From Pristiophorus japonicus (lineage: Eukaryota), in NCBI RefSeq assembly GCF_044704955.1, contig NC_091984.1, positions 109,120,001 through 109,184,000 on the forward strand: a DNA stretch of 64,000 bases, in the 5' to 3' direction. Positions within the stretch are counted from its first letter, which is position 1. Each line of letters starts with the position of its first letter. Positions 26,517 through 38,690 of this stretch are shown one piece after another. The position numbers were made by a program, and so were the translations under genes. The notes beneath the pieces are model-generated. The model searched no databases, had not been told where the DNA came from, and saw nothing but the letters and a program-made list of their open reading frames with translations.

Positions 26517-28563
26517 GTAAGTTCAAGATATTAAGGGGAGCTGATAGGGTAGATAGAGAGAAACTATTTCCGCTGATTGGAGAGTCTCGGATTAGGGGGC
26601 ATGGTCTAGGAGCCAAACCTTTCAGAAGTGAAATTAAGAAACACTTCTACACACAAAAGGTTGTTGAAGTTTGGAACTCTCTTCTGCAAATAGCAATTGA
26701 TGCTAGATCAATTGTTAATTTTAAATCCGAGATTGATAGCTTTCTGTTAACCAAAGGTATTAAGGGATATGGGCCAAAGACGGTTAGAAACATAGAAACA
26801 TAGAAAATAGGTGCAGGAGTAGGCCATTCAATGAGTTCATGGCTGAACATGCAACTTCAGTACCCCATTCCTGTTTTCTCGCCATACCCCTTGATCCCCC
26901 GAGTAGTAAGGACTTCATCTAACTCCTTTTTGAATATATTTAGTGAATTGGCCTCAACAACTTTCTGTGGTAGAGAATTCCACAGGTTCATCACTCTCTG
27001 GGTGAAGAAGTTTCTCCTCATCTCGGTCTTAAATGGCTTATCCCTTATCCTTAGACTGTGTCCCCTGGTTCTGGACTTCCCCAACATTGGGAACATTCTT
27101 CCTGCATCTAACCTGTCTAACCCCGTCAGAATTTTAAGCGTTTCTATGAGGTCCCCTCTCATTCTTCTGAACTCCAGTGAATACAAGCCCAGTTGATCCA
27201 ATCTTTCTTGATAGGTCAGTCCCGCCATCCCGGGAATCAGTCTGGTGAACCTTCGCTGCACTCCCTCAATAGCAAGAATGTCCTTCCTCAGGTTAGGAGA
27301 CCAAAACTGGACACAATATTCCAGGTGTGGCCCCACCAAGGCCCTGTACAACTGTAGCAACACCTCCCTGCCCCTGTACTCAAATCCCCTGGCTATGAAG
27401 GCCAACATGCCATTTGCTTTCTTAACCGCCTGCTGTACCTGCATGCCAACCTTCAATGACTGATGTACCATGACACCCAGGTCTCGTTGCACCTCCCCTT
27501 TTCCTAAGCTGTCACCATTCAGATAATAGTCTGTCTCTCTGTTTTTACCACCAAAGTGGATAACCTCACATTTATCCACATTATACTTCATCTGCCATGC
27601 ATTTGCCCACTCACCTAACCTATCCAAGTCACTCTGCAGCCTCATAGCATCCTCCTCGCAGCTCACACTGCCACCCAACTTAGTGTCATCCGCAAATTTG
27701 GAGATACTACATTTAATCCCCTCGTCTAAATCATTAATGTACAGTGTAAACAGCTGGGGCCCCAGCACAGAACCTTGCCGTACCCCACTAGTCACTGCCT
27801 GCCATTCTGAAAAGTCCCCATTTACTCCTACTCTTTGCTTCCTGTCTGACAACCAGTTCTCAATCCATGTCAGCACACTACCCCCAATCCCATGTGCTTT
27901 AACTTTGCACATTAATCTCTTGTGTGGGACCTTGTCGAAAGCCTTCTGAAAGTCCAAATATACCACATCAACTGGTTCTCCCTTGTCCACTTTACTGGAA
28001 ACTTCCTCAAAAAATTCCAGAAGATTTGTCAAGCATGATTTCCCTTTCACAAATCCATGCTGACTTGGACCTATCATGTCACCTCTTTCCAAATGCACTG
28101 CTATGACACCCTTAATAATTGATTCCATCATTTTACCCACTACCGATGTCAGGCTGACCGGTCTATAATTCCCTGTTTTCTCTCTCCCTCCTTTTTTAAA
28201 AAGTGGGGTTACATTGGCTACCCTCCACTCCATAGGAACTGATCCAGAGTCAATGGAATGTTGGAAAATGACTGTCAATGCATCCGTTATTTCCAAGGCC
28301 ACCTCCTTAAGTACTCTGGGATGCAGTCCATCAGGCCCTGGGGATTTATCGGCCTTCAATCCCATCAATTTCCCCAACACAATTTCCCGACTAATAAGGA
28401 TTTCCCTCAGTTCCTCCTCCTTACTAGACCCTCTGACCCCTTTTATATCCGGAAGGTTGTTTGTGTCCTCCTTAGTGAATACCGAACCATATGGAGTTAG
28501 GTCACAGATCAGCCATGATCTCAATGAATGGCCTACTCCTGTTCCTATGTTCCTATGTTGGTA
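26517..28563 (+). mobile_element. Short CR1 3' fragment, split by a younger CR1
   Basis: ORF FKILRGADRVDREKLFPL...VWNSL; the tail resumes at ~28490. 14-bp TSD GTTGGCTACAGGGA at 26503-26516 and 28564-28577. Confidence 0.8.
26785..28489 (-). mobile_element. Young CR1 LINE, (TTTCTATG)n-tail subfamily, 5'-truncated
   Basis: Uninterrupted reading frame across the RT domain (ORF 26857-28524: YRPVSLTS, YLDFQKAFD, FADD). No endonuclease. Very similar to 62828-64000. Confidence 0.95.
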
Positions 28564-29449
28564 GTTGGCTACAGGGAATGGTGCCTGAATTTTGGAGCTT
28601 GGCTACAAACAACCTTACAGCAGATGACTAAGCTGTGCGATTATGTCCTGCAGAAGTTATCTTGACATGTTGTAAGTTGAGGGAGCAGATTTGCAGCGAC
28701 AGACATATGCCTAACTGTAGCCCATCCTGGATGTCAGTAAATGACTGTGCATTATGCACATAGATTGTGTTACAGTATTTGTATGTGTCAAGGTGGGAGT
28801 TGCCATAAATGATCTCATCTTGAAGATTGTTCAAGATCGGACTTTGCTGTGATTGGCGAGTGTTTTGATCATTGGATTCTGGTCCCATTTAAGAGCAATG
28901 CGACAGGAAATACCGTTAAAGCCAGGAATTTCTGGATTGCAAGCTGAAACTTTCTAATGGCCCATTCCTTTAAAAACTAATGGGGATAATTGTGTAATTG
29001 AAATTAAAATACAAAATAAAAAATAAAAAATTTCAATGTGTGACCCATTCATTCAAAACCTAAAATATACAATCTACAAACTCCTCAGAGATTCAAGAAG
29101 TTAAATCTGTGGGAGGTAGAAAGCTTCAAACTGATCTCTTGTGGTTGGACATCTCTCATGATAAAAACTCTAAGCTAATACTGGGGGTGTAACTGTGGAG
29201 GGCCTGATGAGCAACAGTGTAATCCTAGACTGCCTGACTGGTGGTTTTAGGTTGTGCCTGCTGGAAAACTGTTGAAAAGCGTGAGAGAGAAACAAAATGG
29301 AAGCATGTCCTTTTTTGGGTTAAATGGGCTACTCTGTCATTGATTGGCTGAGGGTGATGCCACCATGATCATGTGGATGCCGCATAGATTTGGAGGTAGA
29401 TAAAGTACTGCCACAAGGGAGGTGGGCAGAGCATGGAGACAGAACTAGG

Positions 29450-29578
29450 GATCATCATAGGCAGTCCCTTGGAATCGAGGAAGACTTGCTTCCACTCGTC
29501 GCATGAGTTCTTAGGTGGCTGTACAGTCCAATACGAGAACCACAGTCTCTGTCACAGGTGGGACAGATAGTTGTTGAC
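29450..29578 (-). mobile_element. RTE 3'-end fragment
   Basis: The reverse complement encodes CPTCDRDCGSRIGLYSHLRTH and ends gtggaagcaagtcttcctcg...gactgcctatgatga. Confidence 0.8.
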
Positions 29579-29644
29579 TAGGGAACAGACAGCTTCAATG
29601 CATGTCCGCCTGCCCTCCAAAGGATTGGGGTAAAATCCATCTTT

Positions 29645-30085
29645 TGAAGATGAAGAGGAACAGCAACTCATCTTTCGATTAGGCACTTTACAGCCTTCTG
29701 GACTCAACATCGAGTTCAACAATTTCAGACCATAACCTCTGCCCCTATTTTCCACACGGCAGCTGTTGATGATTCTACCATTCCCATTAACACCTCTTCT
29801 CGACTCATCTTTTGTTTCTCTACTTGTCCCATTACCATCATCCCTTCTATCTTTTAATCCCTGCTACCTTCCACCCTATCACAGGCCTTGCCTTTTGTTC
29901 TTTCCTCCCCTCCCCCCTTTCCGAGTCTCTGACCTTGCTTAAAATGTGTTACATGGCTAACATTTTCCAGTTCTGACGAAGGGTTATCGACCTGCAACGA
30001 CGTTAACTCTGTTCCTCTCTCCACAGACGCTGCATTTCAAGCATTTTACTTCAGATTTCCAGCATCCGCAGTATTTTGCTTTAGT
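29645..30085 (+). mobile_element. Penelope-like element 3' end (GIY-YIG C-terminus plus terminal repeat)
   Basis: Translates EEQQLIFRLGTLQPSGLNIEFNNFRP*, followed by a pyrimidine-rich UTR and a ctgacgaag...cgttaac hammerhead-like relic. Confidence 0.75.
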
Positions 30086-30932
30086 TATGTATTTACTATC
30101 TTGTTACTGTGTGTAAAATGACTGATTGCCACCCTATTGGTTGTCTTGTTGAACTGATCTGCAAAAGAAAGAGGTAAATAAGGTAAAGAGAAAAAATGGC
30201 CAGTTCAAATCCTGCAGGGACCAAGGAGAAAGGCTCATTGGGGGATGATTATAAGAAAATGCAGAAACATGTAAAAAGGATGATCAGAAGGTCAAAGAGA
30301 GACCACAGCCACTATAGCTAAACATAACAGTGAAAAGTTATTTCTGTATCACAACAGTTAGCTTGCAATAAGAAAAGAGGTGAAAACCATAAAAGATGTA
30401 AATGGACTTGAAACAGGATATGCACAAAGTAGCAAATATTTCATACGAGGGCCTCCTCTGAGTACTGACAAGAGAAGACATGAGCAACATGCCCTCTCCA
30501 AACAAGATATCCGAAGTAAAATCAATTACTTCATCATCTATGAAATGGAAGTTCTAGACGTCTAAATGGTTTCCAAACAAATAAATCCCAGGGATGGATG
30601 TATTTATTCCAGAGTGCTGAGAGAGACGATGGAGGGGATTTGTCAAGTAGCAACACTCATTATTAGGCAGTCGTTGGACACTGGTGAGATATCAGTAGAT
30701 TGGAAACAGGTTCATGGGCTGCTCGTATTCACAAAAGGGTGACAAAAGCTGACACAGGAAGTTATAGACCCATTCGTTTTATTCTCATTGCAGGTAAAAT
30801 AATGGAATCGATTATCTGGAGTAAACCCGAGCATCATCTGTACATCAGTAGCCTAGGAAACATCAGTCAGCATGGATTCAGGGGGGGAAGGTCCTGCTTG
30901 ACCAACCTCCTTGACTTTTTTGAGGAGATAAC

Positions 30933-31143
30933 TGTTCTGTATCTGTAAAGTATGCAATTCCATGTTCCGTCACCAGGGAGCTCATCCCCTTAAGTCCCAA
31001 GGGATCCCAGCATCCCTTGGGAGCACTGTATATAAGCTGGCCCCTAAGGCCTGTTCCTCACTCTGGAGTGTCTTATTAAAGACTGAGGTCACTGTTACTT
31101 TAACCTCCCTGTGTGCAGCCTCATCTGTGTTAGGGACACAATA
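30933..31143 (+). mobile_element. Gypsy solo LTR (211 bp)
   Basis: TGTT...ACACAATA with a 5-bp TSD ATAAC (30928-30932 and 31144-31148). Same architecture as the 54770 LTR. Confidence 0.85.
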
Positions 31144-31222
31144 ATAACAACCCAGCCCAAGTGGACTGTAGCAAGCCCGAAGACATCCAAAAGGCTTTTG
31201 ATAAAGTTCTATATGGAAGGCT

Positions 31223-31757
31223 CCCAGGGCTGCTCGCTGCTCCTTTTATGGCCCCGAACTGCCGCTGGTGTTCCCACTCCAGGGAGCAGCGAGAGCTGGT
31301 GCAGGAGGGCGACGGCAGTGAAGAGGCCGACTGGATTGGATATCACTATATCACAGGTCAGTGATTGGACAGTTATAGCAGGAGTGGCGAGAGATTGCAG
31401 AGCGATGTGATCGGGGCCCAGGAGAGGCGTGAGTTCAGGGCCCAGAAGAGGCGAGGGGGGCCAGCCCACACTGCGATATGTGTGCGCACTAGGTCCGTGC
31501 AGCAGAGCTGGTCTCCAGTCGTCTTGGTTAATCCTTGCCACTGGACCAAGACCTAGCTCTGTCAAGCCCGTGTGGTGGTTGGTGTGCAATGGCCACCACA
31601 CGTTAAAATAATCCACGCACAGGCATCTTCCATCCTTCAATATGTAGACCTGGAATATTAGGTCCTTCACTGAAACACCTGTGAACTCATTGAACACATC
31701 TCTTTTTCGCGTGGAAATAAGTCATCCTCGATTCGAGGGACCACCTAAGAAGAAGGA
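31223..31757 (+). mobile_element. Non-autonomous RTE-tailed retroelement (SINE-like)
   Basis: The 3' end gtggaaataagtcatcctcgattcgagggaccacctaagaagaagg matches the RTE tail at 24125-24171. The body is homologous to 48050-48450. Confidence 0.8.
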
Positions 31758-32234
31758 GGCTATTATTAAACTAAATGTTGTGGGGATTTAGGTTAAACAT
31801 TGATAATGGATAATAAAGAAGAAAGAAAGCAGTCAGAACTTGCATTTATTTAGTGTGTTTCACGACCTCACAATAATTATGTCAGAGTGGGGAAAAGTAC
31901 TGAGTGGGATGCCTTGTGGCTCAGTCCTGTTTATAATTCAGAAACTCAATGCAGAATGGTCAAATTTGCAGATGATACCAAACTAGGAATGCAGTGTAAT
32001 TGGTGCAAATTACAGATTTGAACAAAATATATAAGTGGGCAGAATATTGGCAGATGAAATTTAATGCAGACAAGTTTAAAGTGCTACACATAGGAAAGAA
32101 AAATAGATGACCAGTGTACTCCATGAATGGTGTTTAAATAGCTAAGGATGTAGCTGAAAGCCATCTCGGAGTTGAAGGAGACTCAATGCTAAATGTGTCC
32201 AACTGATGCAGAGCGGCAATCAACAAGGCCAGTA

Positions 32235-32524
32235 GAATTACATGGAATTACATAGGATATACGACACAGAAACAGGCCTAATCAGTCCATGCCGGTGTTT
32301 AGGCTCCACTCAAGCCTCCTCCTGTCTTTCCTCATCTCCCTCATATGCTTTCCATTAAATGCATCTATACTATTCACCTGAGCTACTCCCTGTGGTAGCG
32401 AGTTCCACATTCTCACCACTCTCTGGGTAAATAAGTTTTCTCTGAATACCCGATTTGATTTCTTGATGACTATATTATATTGATGGCCTCTAGTTTTGTT
32501 CTTCCCTACAAGTGGAAACATTCT
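32235..32524 (-). mobile_element. CR1 3' fragment (another subfamily)
   Basis: MFPLVGKNKTRGH...FTQRVVRMWNSLP. Confidence 0.8.
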
Positions 32525-32716
32525 GGATGTTGAACTACATCATCAAAACAGTAGTCTAAAAATCAGAGGAGGAAACGATCACACTGTATTGTGCTCCGAT
32601 CAGACTGCACCTTGAATACTGTGTCCAATTCTGGTCGCCAAGAAGCGAAACATTCGAGCACTGAAGAGATTCGAGGCTGATCATCTCTTTGTTATGAGGA
32701 AAGACTGGAGAGTATT

Positions 32717-33200
32717 GGGGCTGGAAATTTGGTAGGTTAGCACCTCCTGTTAGTGCCTGGGGGGGTGGGGGGGGGGCGGGCGCTAAGGGGTTAGTGACTG
32801 CGGCAAATGTAGCGACGCCCGCAAACTTCAGTACCGGTTTAGCACTAGCGCTAACTCCTAGCGCCTGGGCCTCTAGTGCCTCACAGATTGTGACATCAAA
32901 GTGCGCAGTGCCCCGTTACCACCCCAAATGTAAAATTGACGCCCCCCTCCCCTCCGCGGTATCGTCTCCAATGCCAGTAAGAGGAGACATTGTGAACTCA
33001 GCTGGCCGCTTGGGGAACAGCAATTAAAGGGAATGATTTTCAGCTGGCACAACCTTTATTATTTGCACCAGTCTGGTGCCTGCGCAAAGTTTTTCATGTG
33101 TCACTGGTGCAAGATGTCCAAGCCCTCCACTGTGTGAGAGTGTTTGGGCTGTAATGGCAGTCACCCAGGTCGCCTTACAAAACAACGTTGATCTCTCTTT
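32717..33200. mobile_element. Harbinger-type MITE fragment
   Basis: Starts GGGGCTGGAAATT; repeated tagcgc motifs; right end unclear. Confidence 0.4.
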
Positions 33201-33277
33201 GTGTGAGGAAGAATTTGGGGCTATCAGTCCGAAAATGAACTTTTACTAGTTTCAATCTTTGTCCCCTAGTTCCACTC

Positions 33278-34262
33278 CATAGAAACATAGAAATATAGAA
33301 AATAAGTGCAGGAGTAGGCCATTCGGCCCTTCGAGCCTGCACCACCATTCAATGAGTTCATGGCTGAACATGCAACTTCAGTACCCCATTCCTGCTTTCT
33401 CGCCATACCCCTTGATCCCCCTAGTAGTAAGGACTACATCTAACTCCTTTTTGAATATATTTAGTGAATTGGCCTCAACAACTTTCTGTGGCAGAGATTT
33501 CCACAGGTTCACCACTCTCTGGGTGAAGAAGTCTCTCCTCATTTCGGTCCTAAATGGCTTACCCCTTATCCTTAGTCTGTGATCCCTGGTTCTGGACTTC
33601 CCCAACATTAATAAGACCATAAGAACATAAGAATTAGGAACAGGAGTAGGCCATCTAGCCCCTCGAGCCTGCTCCGCCATTCAACAAGATCATGGCTGAT
33701 CTGGCCGTGGACTCAGCTCCACTTACCCGCCCTCTCCCCGTAACCCTTAATTCCCTTATTGGTTAAAAATCTATCTATCTGTGACTTGAATACATTCAAT
33801 GAGGTGGCCTCAACTGCTTCCTTGGGCAGAGAATTCCACAGATTCACAACCCTCTGGGAGAAGAAATTCCTTCTCAACTCGGTTTTAAATTGGCTCCCCC
33901 GTATTTTGAGGCTGTGCCCCCTAGTTCTAGTCTCCCCGACCAGTGGAAACAACCTCTCTGCCTCGATCTTGTCTATCCCTTTCATTATTTTAAATGTTTC
34001 TATAAGATCACCCCTCATCCTTCTGAACTCCAACGAGTAAAGACCCAGTCTACTCAATCTATCATCACAAGGTAATCCCCTCATCTCCGGAATCAGCCTA
34101 GTGAATCGTCTCTGTACCCCCTCCAAAGCTAGTATATCTTTCCTTAAGTAAGGTGACCAAAACTGCACGCAGTACTCCAAGTGCGGCCTCACCAATACCC
34201 TATACAGTTGCAGCAGGACCTCCTTGCTTTTGTACTCCATCCCTCTCGCAATGAAGGCCAAC
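33278..34262 (-). mobile_element. Two adjacent CR1 3' fragments (33278-33609 and 33611-34262) of different subfamilies
   Basis: Distinct tails (catagaaa versus cataagaa on the + strand). Each matches other copies in the window. Confidence 0.9.
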
Positions 34263-35196
34263 CTCCAGCAGGTTAATTTAAAGTAACATTCTGGGTTAAC
34301 TTTTATATTCAACTGCTTTCATTTATAGAGCACCTTTAATGTAATAAAACATCCCAAGGCACTTCACCAGAGCGTTATCAAACAAAATCTGACACCGAGC
34401 TACATAAGGAGATATTAGCCTTAATGATCTTATATACCTTGATAAGATCACCACTCAAGCTTCCTTTCTAGATGGAAAAGCCCAAGGGCTAGAAATTCCG
34501 TAGCGCCCCAGTATGGGCGTTAAATTTTCAAAAGACGCTAAGCAGGAAGCACAATAAATGTGAAAACTAAGAGCTAGACTTTCCACTTCACATCGCCCAT
34601 CTATGGCCCATATATCGCCCAAAACTGAACTTTATCGCCCATTTTGAGGAAAAAGTGGAAACTAGGCCAGAAACATCGGCGGAAAAATAAGTCCCCAAGT
34701 TTCGGTTCACTTCGCCGAACTGATCGCCGAGCTGATCGCCCGCACAAGGCCCATCCCAACTTTCAGCACATTGTCAACACAAAGCCGGGCTGCTGGATCG
34801 GCGAGAACTTTGCTGATAAATAGTTGGTTTGCCCGGGCTTTACTGAAGGAAATGGACACTACAGACGCCATTTTGAAGATCGGAGGAAGGGTGGAGGCAA
34901 CTAAAAAAAACAAGCTAGATAGTTATGATTTATTTATAGAGTTATTTATAGATAGATTAACACAGAATATTAATTATATTTAAATTTACTGATAGTAGCT
35001 TAGTGGATAGGCAATTTTTTGTGAAAAGTGCATTTATAGTGAGTGAAAACAATTATTGATATTGTTGGGGCCTATTAGACTGACTGGTATACAGCGTTAG
35101 ACTGGGGTTGGTGTAGAGAGAGTAGGGAGAGTAGTAGTAGAGAGAGTGTAGTAGAGAGAGAGTAGTTTAATTAAGTGAAAATAATTATTGATAGTG

Positions 35197-36489
35197 ATGG
35201 GGCCTATGCTTTCTGCGCCATTACATGTAACTGCTCACAAGCTGGTTTCTGAAAGGATCAATCGAAGAGGTGGCAGAGTAATGTGTAGACAGAGACAGAG
35301 GAGACTAGCGTGCAGCCAACGAAGGTACAAAGAAATGCAATCTTACCTCAACTTGTCTGAAAACGCATATTTTAGGAGGCTGCACTTCCAGAAGGAGGTC
35401 ATCGATGAGATTTGCCAGCTCATCAAGGGGGATCTGCAGCTTTCCAGCACCATCAGAACCACACTGTCCGTTGAGATGAAGGTTACTGCAGCCCTAGCCT
35501 TCTACGCATCAGGATCCTTTCAGGCTTCAGCTGGCGACATCTGTCATATCCCGCAGCATGCCACACACTGCTGCATTGGGCAGGTGACTGAAGCCCTTTA
35601 CACTCGCAGGATGGACTTTATAAGCTTCCCTATGACCAGGGAGACACAGACCGGGAGGGCTTTGTTTCTCGAGAATAGCAGGTTTCCCCAAGGTGCAGTG
35701 AGCAATAGACTGCACGCACATTACCCTGAAAGCCCCTTAATGAACGCGGAGGTGTTTCGTTACAGAAAGGGATTCCATTCTTTGAATGTGCAGCTTGTTG
35801 TCGACCACAACCAAATAATCATGACAGTAAATGCTACATTTCCTGGCAGCATCCATGATGCGCACATCTCGCGTGAGAGTGCGATCCCTGACCTGTTTGT
35901 CAATCAGCCAGAAGGTCACGGTTGGATACTGGGGGATAAGGGATATGGCCTTGCCAGCTGGCTGATGACCCCTCTGTGTAATCCCGTTACTGAAGCCGAG
36001 AAACGTTACAATGAAAGCCACATAGCGACCCGCAACTTCGTCGAAAAGGCAATTGGAGTCTTAAAGCAGCGCTTCAGATGCCTGGACCATTCTGGTGGCA
36101 GCCTACAGTACCACCCTGACCAGGCCGCTGAGTTTATTGTGGTGTGTTGCATGCTGCATATCCTAGCTATAAGTAGAGGACAACAAATACCAGATGGGGC
36201 TGCAGGTCCACCTCCAGAAGGAGGGGAGACGGAAGAGTCAGCTGGCAAGGATCAAGAGGAGGGAGAGGCGGAAGAGGAGGCTGTTGAGAACCTAGGGGAG
36301 GTCAATCAGCCTTGCGATGTAGCCATGTTACCACCAACCCCTCCCGAAGACCAGTACCCAATGGCAGTTATGCAGCTACTAAGCTGTTGCATCAGCAGCT
36401 CACATAAGAACGCTTTGCATGAACTTACATTGTGGATATTCACATTTACATTTACAGTTATGGTTAAGCAAAAGTTGCATTTGCGTTGA
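35197..36489 (+). pseudogene. HARBI1-like DDE transposase
   Basis: LAFYASGSFQ, RKGFHSLNVQ, FPGSIHDAH, LGDKGY and VEKAIGVLKQRFRCL. The AIDCTH motif is out of frame and directly preceded by TGA. Confidence 0.9.
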
Positions 36490-36849
36490 GTTACGTTTTT
36501 GCCTTGCCTGCACTGGCCTGGCATCTGCATTAATGCTTAGCTTAAGAAAACTGATGTTATAATAAAAGAATGAACAACTAATGCAGAACAACTGTAAATA
36601 TGTTATGCTTAATGTAACTATAAGAGAATGCACACAATTGTTAAACTCAGTAAAAAATTGTATTTAACAGAATGAATTGTTAATAATATTTTATAAACAG
36701 CCTCTCCCTTCTGCCCCTCGCCCCACCGCCCCCCCCCCCCCCGCCCCAAACCCCTCCACCCCAAACAACAATGAAGGCAAGAATTTTTAAAATATGTACA
36801 TTGAAAAATCATCCAAACCCCCTCCCTACCTGTGGCCATGTTTCCCTCC

Positions 36850-38690
36850 AGGTCCTATACCACCCCGTGTTTTAACACCACCCTCACGTTTTGGTCCCCG
36901 CAGACTGAGACAAAGCTGGTGTGCAGTGGGCAACGGCAAGACTTCCTGCCGTGGTGGAGGTGATGGAGCGGAAAGTGAAGCCTGAGGCTCGTCTTCCGAG
37001 TCAGGAGGAACTGTGTCCTCGTACTCGCTTGAGTGCTAGGGGTCGCACTCTGGCCGACACGGCACCTTGGGGTGCAGCGCCGTGTCCAGCCAGCAACGCA
37101 TGCCAGGGTCTGCCGTGCTAACTCCGTTTGCATGCCAGACCAGTTGGAGAAGTTTGTGTGGAACTGGCTCCAGTTTGTGGAGAACTGGCTCCAGTTCGTG
37201 GAGAACTCATGGAACCCCTGGATAAGATTGCGACCGTCTCCCGGCACATGGAGATCAAGCATTCCGTCTGCCCTTCGACAGTAGGCGATTACTCACCTCG
37301 CTGACCCAACCTCAGTTGGGTCGGTGTTCGCAATATATTGTGCCTTGTGGTTACTGGCTGAACACTGCTTGGTCCCGATGCCTCTTCCCACTCAATGGAG
37401 ATGACCGCAGGTTCATCCCCCCCCCCCCCCCCCCCGCCCCCCCACAACAATGCAACAATGGTCGATTCCAGCAGCTCTGGATATAATTCTTCATCTTCAT
37501 CCTCCTCCTCCTCCTCCTTGTCCTTCTCCTGGAGGTGAGGAAAGTTTTATTTTTCTTCGTTTGATTCCTTTGACTGCTGATGTTCCTCCTCTTCCTCCTC
37601 CGAGGTGGTTGGTGAAGGTGCATGGGACGGCTGCAGTGCCACTAACTTCTCAGGTTGACCTTAAAAACACGTATGACATTTTTAAAGAACTTATTAGAAC
37701 ATAATGGTCATTATTACCAAGAGACGTTACATATCAATACTTTTCACTACTCCATAAAGCTGTAGTGGCTACATCCCCTGCTTCTTATGCACAAGGGCTG
37801 CACCAGGGCTGCATACATGCATGCATGGCCTGACGTGACATCATTAGTATATCAAGAGTACATCACAAGTATATTGCATATTGAATTATAATTAAAGGAC
37901 ATTACATGCGTTACTTATTTAAGTTTTAAAAAATGTTTTTAATACTGTTTGACACATTACACAGTACACATTACTCACGAGACTCAAGGCTGGGTTCGGC
38001 TAGACCATGGTATGGTGGCCAAACGGCTGTCATGTCCCACCAGCCCGACCGCACAGTCCTCAATCTCCGACAGTGGTTGTACTTGAGCAGAGCCATCCCC
38101 CCGTCCTCCTCTGCTCAGGCCGGTTGATAGATATCTTCTTCTACAAACGAGAAGAGAGGATGGCATGGCATAAGTTAATGGACTTGGTAAAAATACATTT
38201 AAGAATGACAGACTTAAATTCAATGCAGGACAGTCATTGCTCTCAAATATTTACATGCAAAAGTAAATGATTAAATATAAATTATAAGAATTAAAGTGCA
38301 ACTTACTGTTAACATGGTTTAACAAATGCATTTCAGAATGACAAACTTAAATTCAGTGCAGGAAATTCAATGTTCTAATCAAAATTTGCATGCATCAGTA
38401 AAATATTACAGTTAAAATATAAAATATAAAATGCAACTTACTCTTGCTGCCGCCTCCAAGCTATTCCAACATTTTTGGCACTGGTCAGGCCCCCTCGACT
38501 CAGGTGATGCAGACGTTACCACATCTGCAATCTCCAGCCATATTTTTCTGTAGACACAGGGTGGAGGTTTCCTATGCACACCCGGTGTCAAGTCGGCCCA
38601 CCTGGCATGCATCTCGTTCACCAGGGCCTCGTTCGCCTCATCACTGAAGGGTTTTGCCCTTTTTCTTTCTGAGTCACACTCCAATGACAT
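36850..38690 (-). pseudogene. Harbinger Myb/SANT-like DNA-binding protein gene, spliced and decayed
   Basis: Exon 1 38690-38442 (RAKPFSDEANEALV...WLEIA...QCQKCWNSL) ends at GTAAGT. Exon 2 38140-37979 runs from TTTGTAG| (KKISINR..RRTGG) to |GTGAGT. Exon 3 starts at 37659 and is acidic. The 3' limit is approximate. Confidence 0.8.
37140..37210. repeat. 21-bp tandem repeat, ~3 copies
   Basis: CCAGTTTGTGGAGAACTGGCT units. Confidence 0.7.

Larger units (their letters stand above)
30200..32715 (+). mobile_element. Old degenerate CR1 LINE hosting four later insertions
   Basis: YRPI...GKIMESII, SQHGFRGGRSCLTNLLDFFEE, KAFDKV, aaatttgcagatgatacc (KFADDT) and tactgtgtccaattctgg occur in order. Confidence 0.8.

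Noticed and set aside
26857-28524. 555-aa RT ORF as a functional gene
   Set aside because: It is a 5'-truncated CR1 without an endonuclease; the N-terminal residues come from the flanking element.
29970-30010. Active Penelope hammerhead ribozyme
   Set aside because: The CUGANGA box is present but the GAAA box reads GCAA and is followed by a 3-nt duplication; probably a dead relic.
35188-36489. 433-aa ORF as the host HARBI1 gene
   Set aside because: It lies inside a TIR-bounded element with a partner Myb gene, has an out-of-frame catalytic motif and a frameshifted C-terminus. It is a transposon copy.
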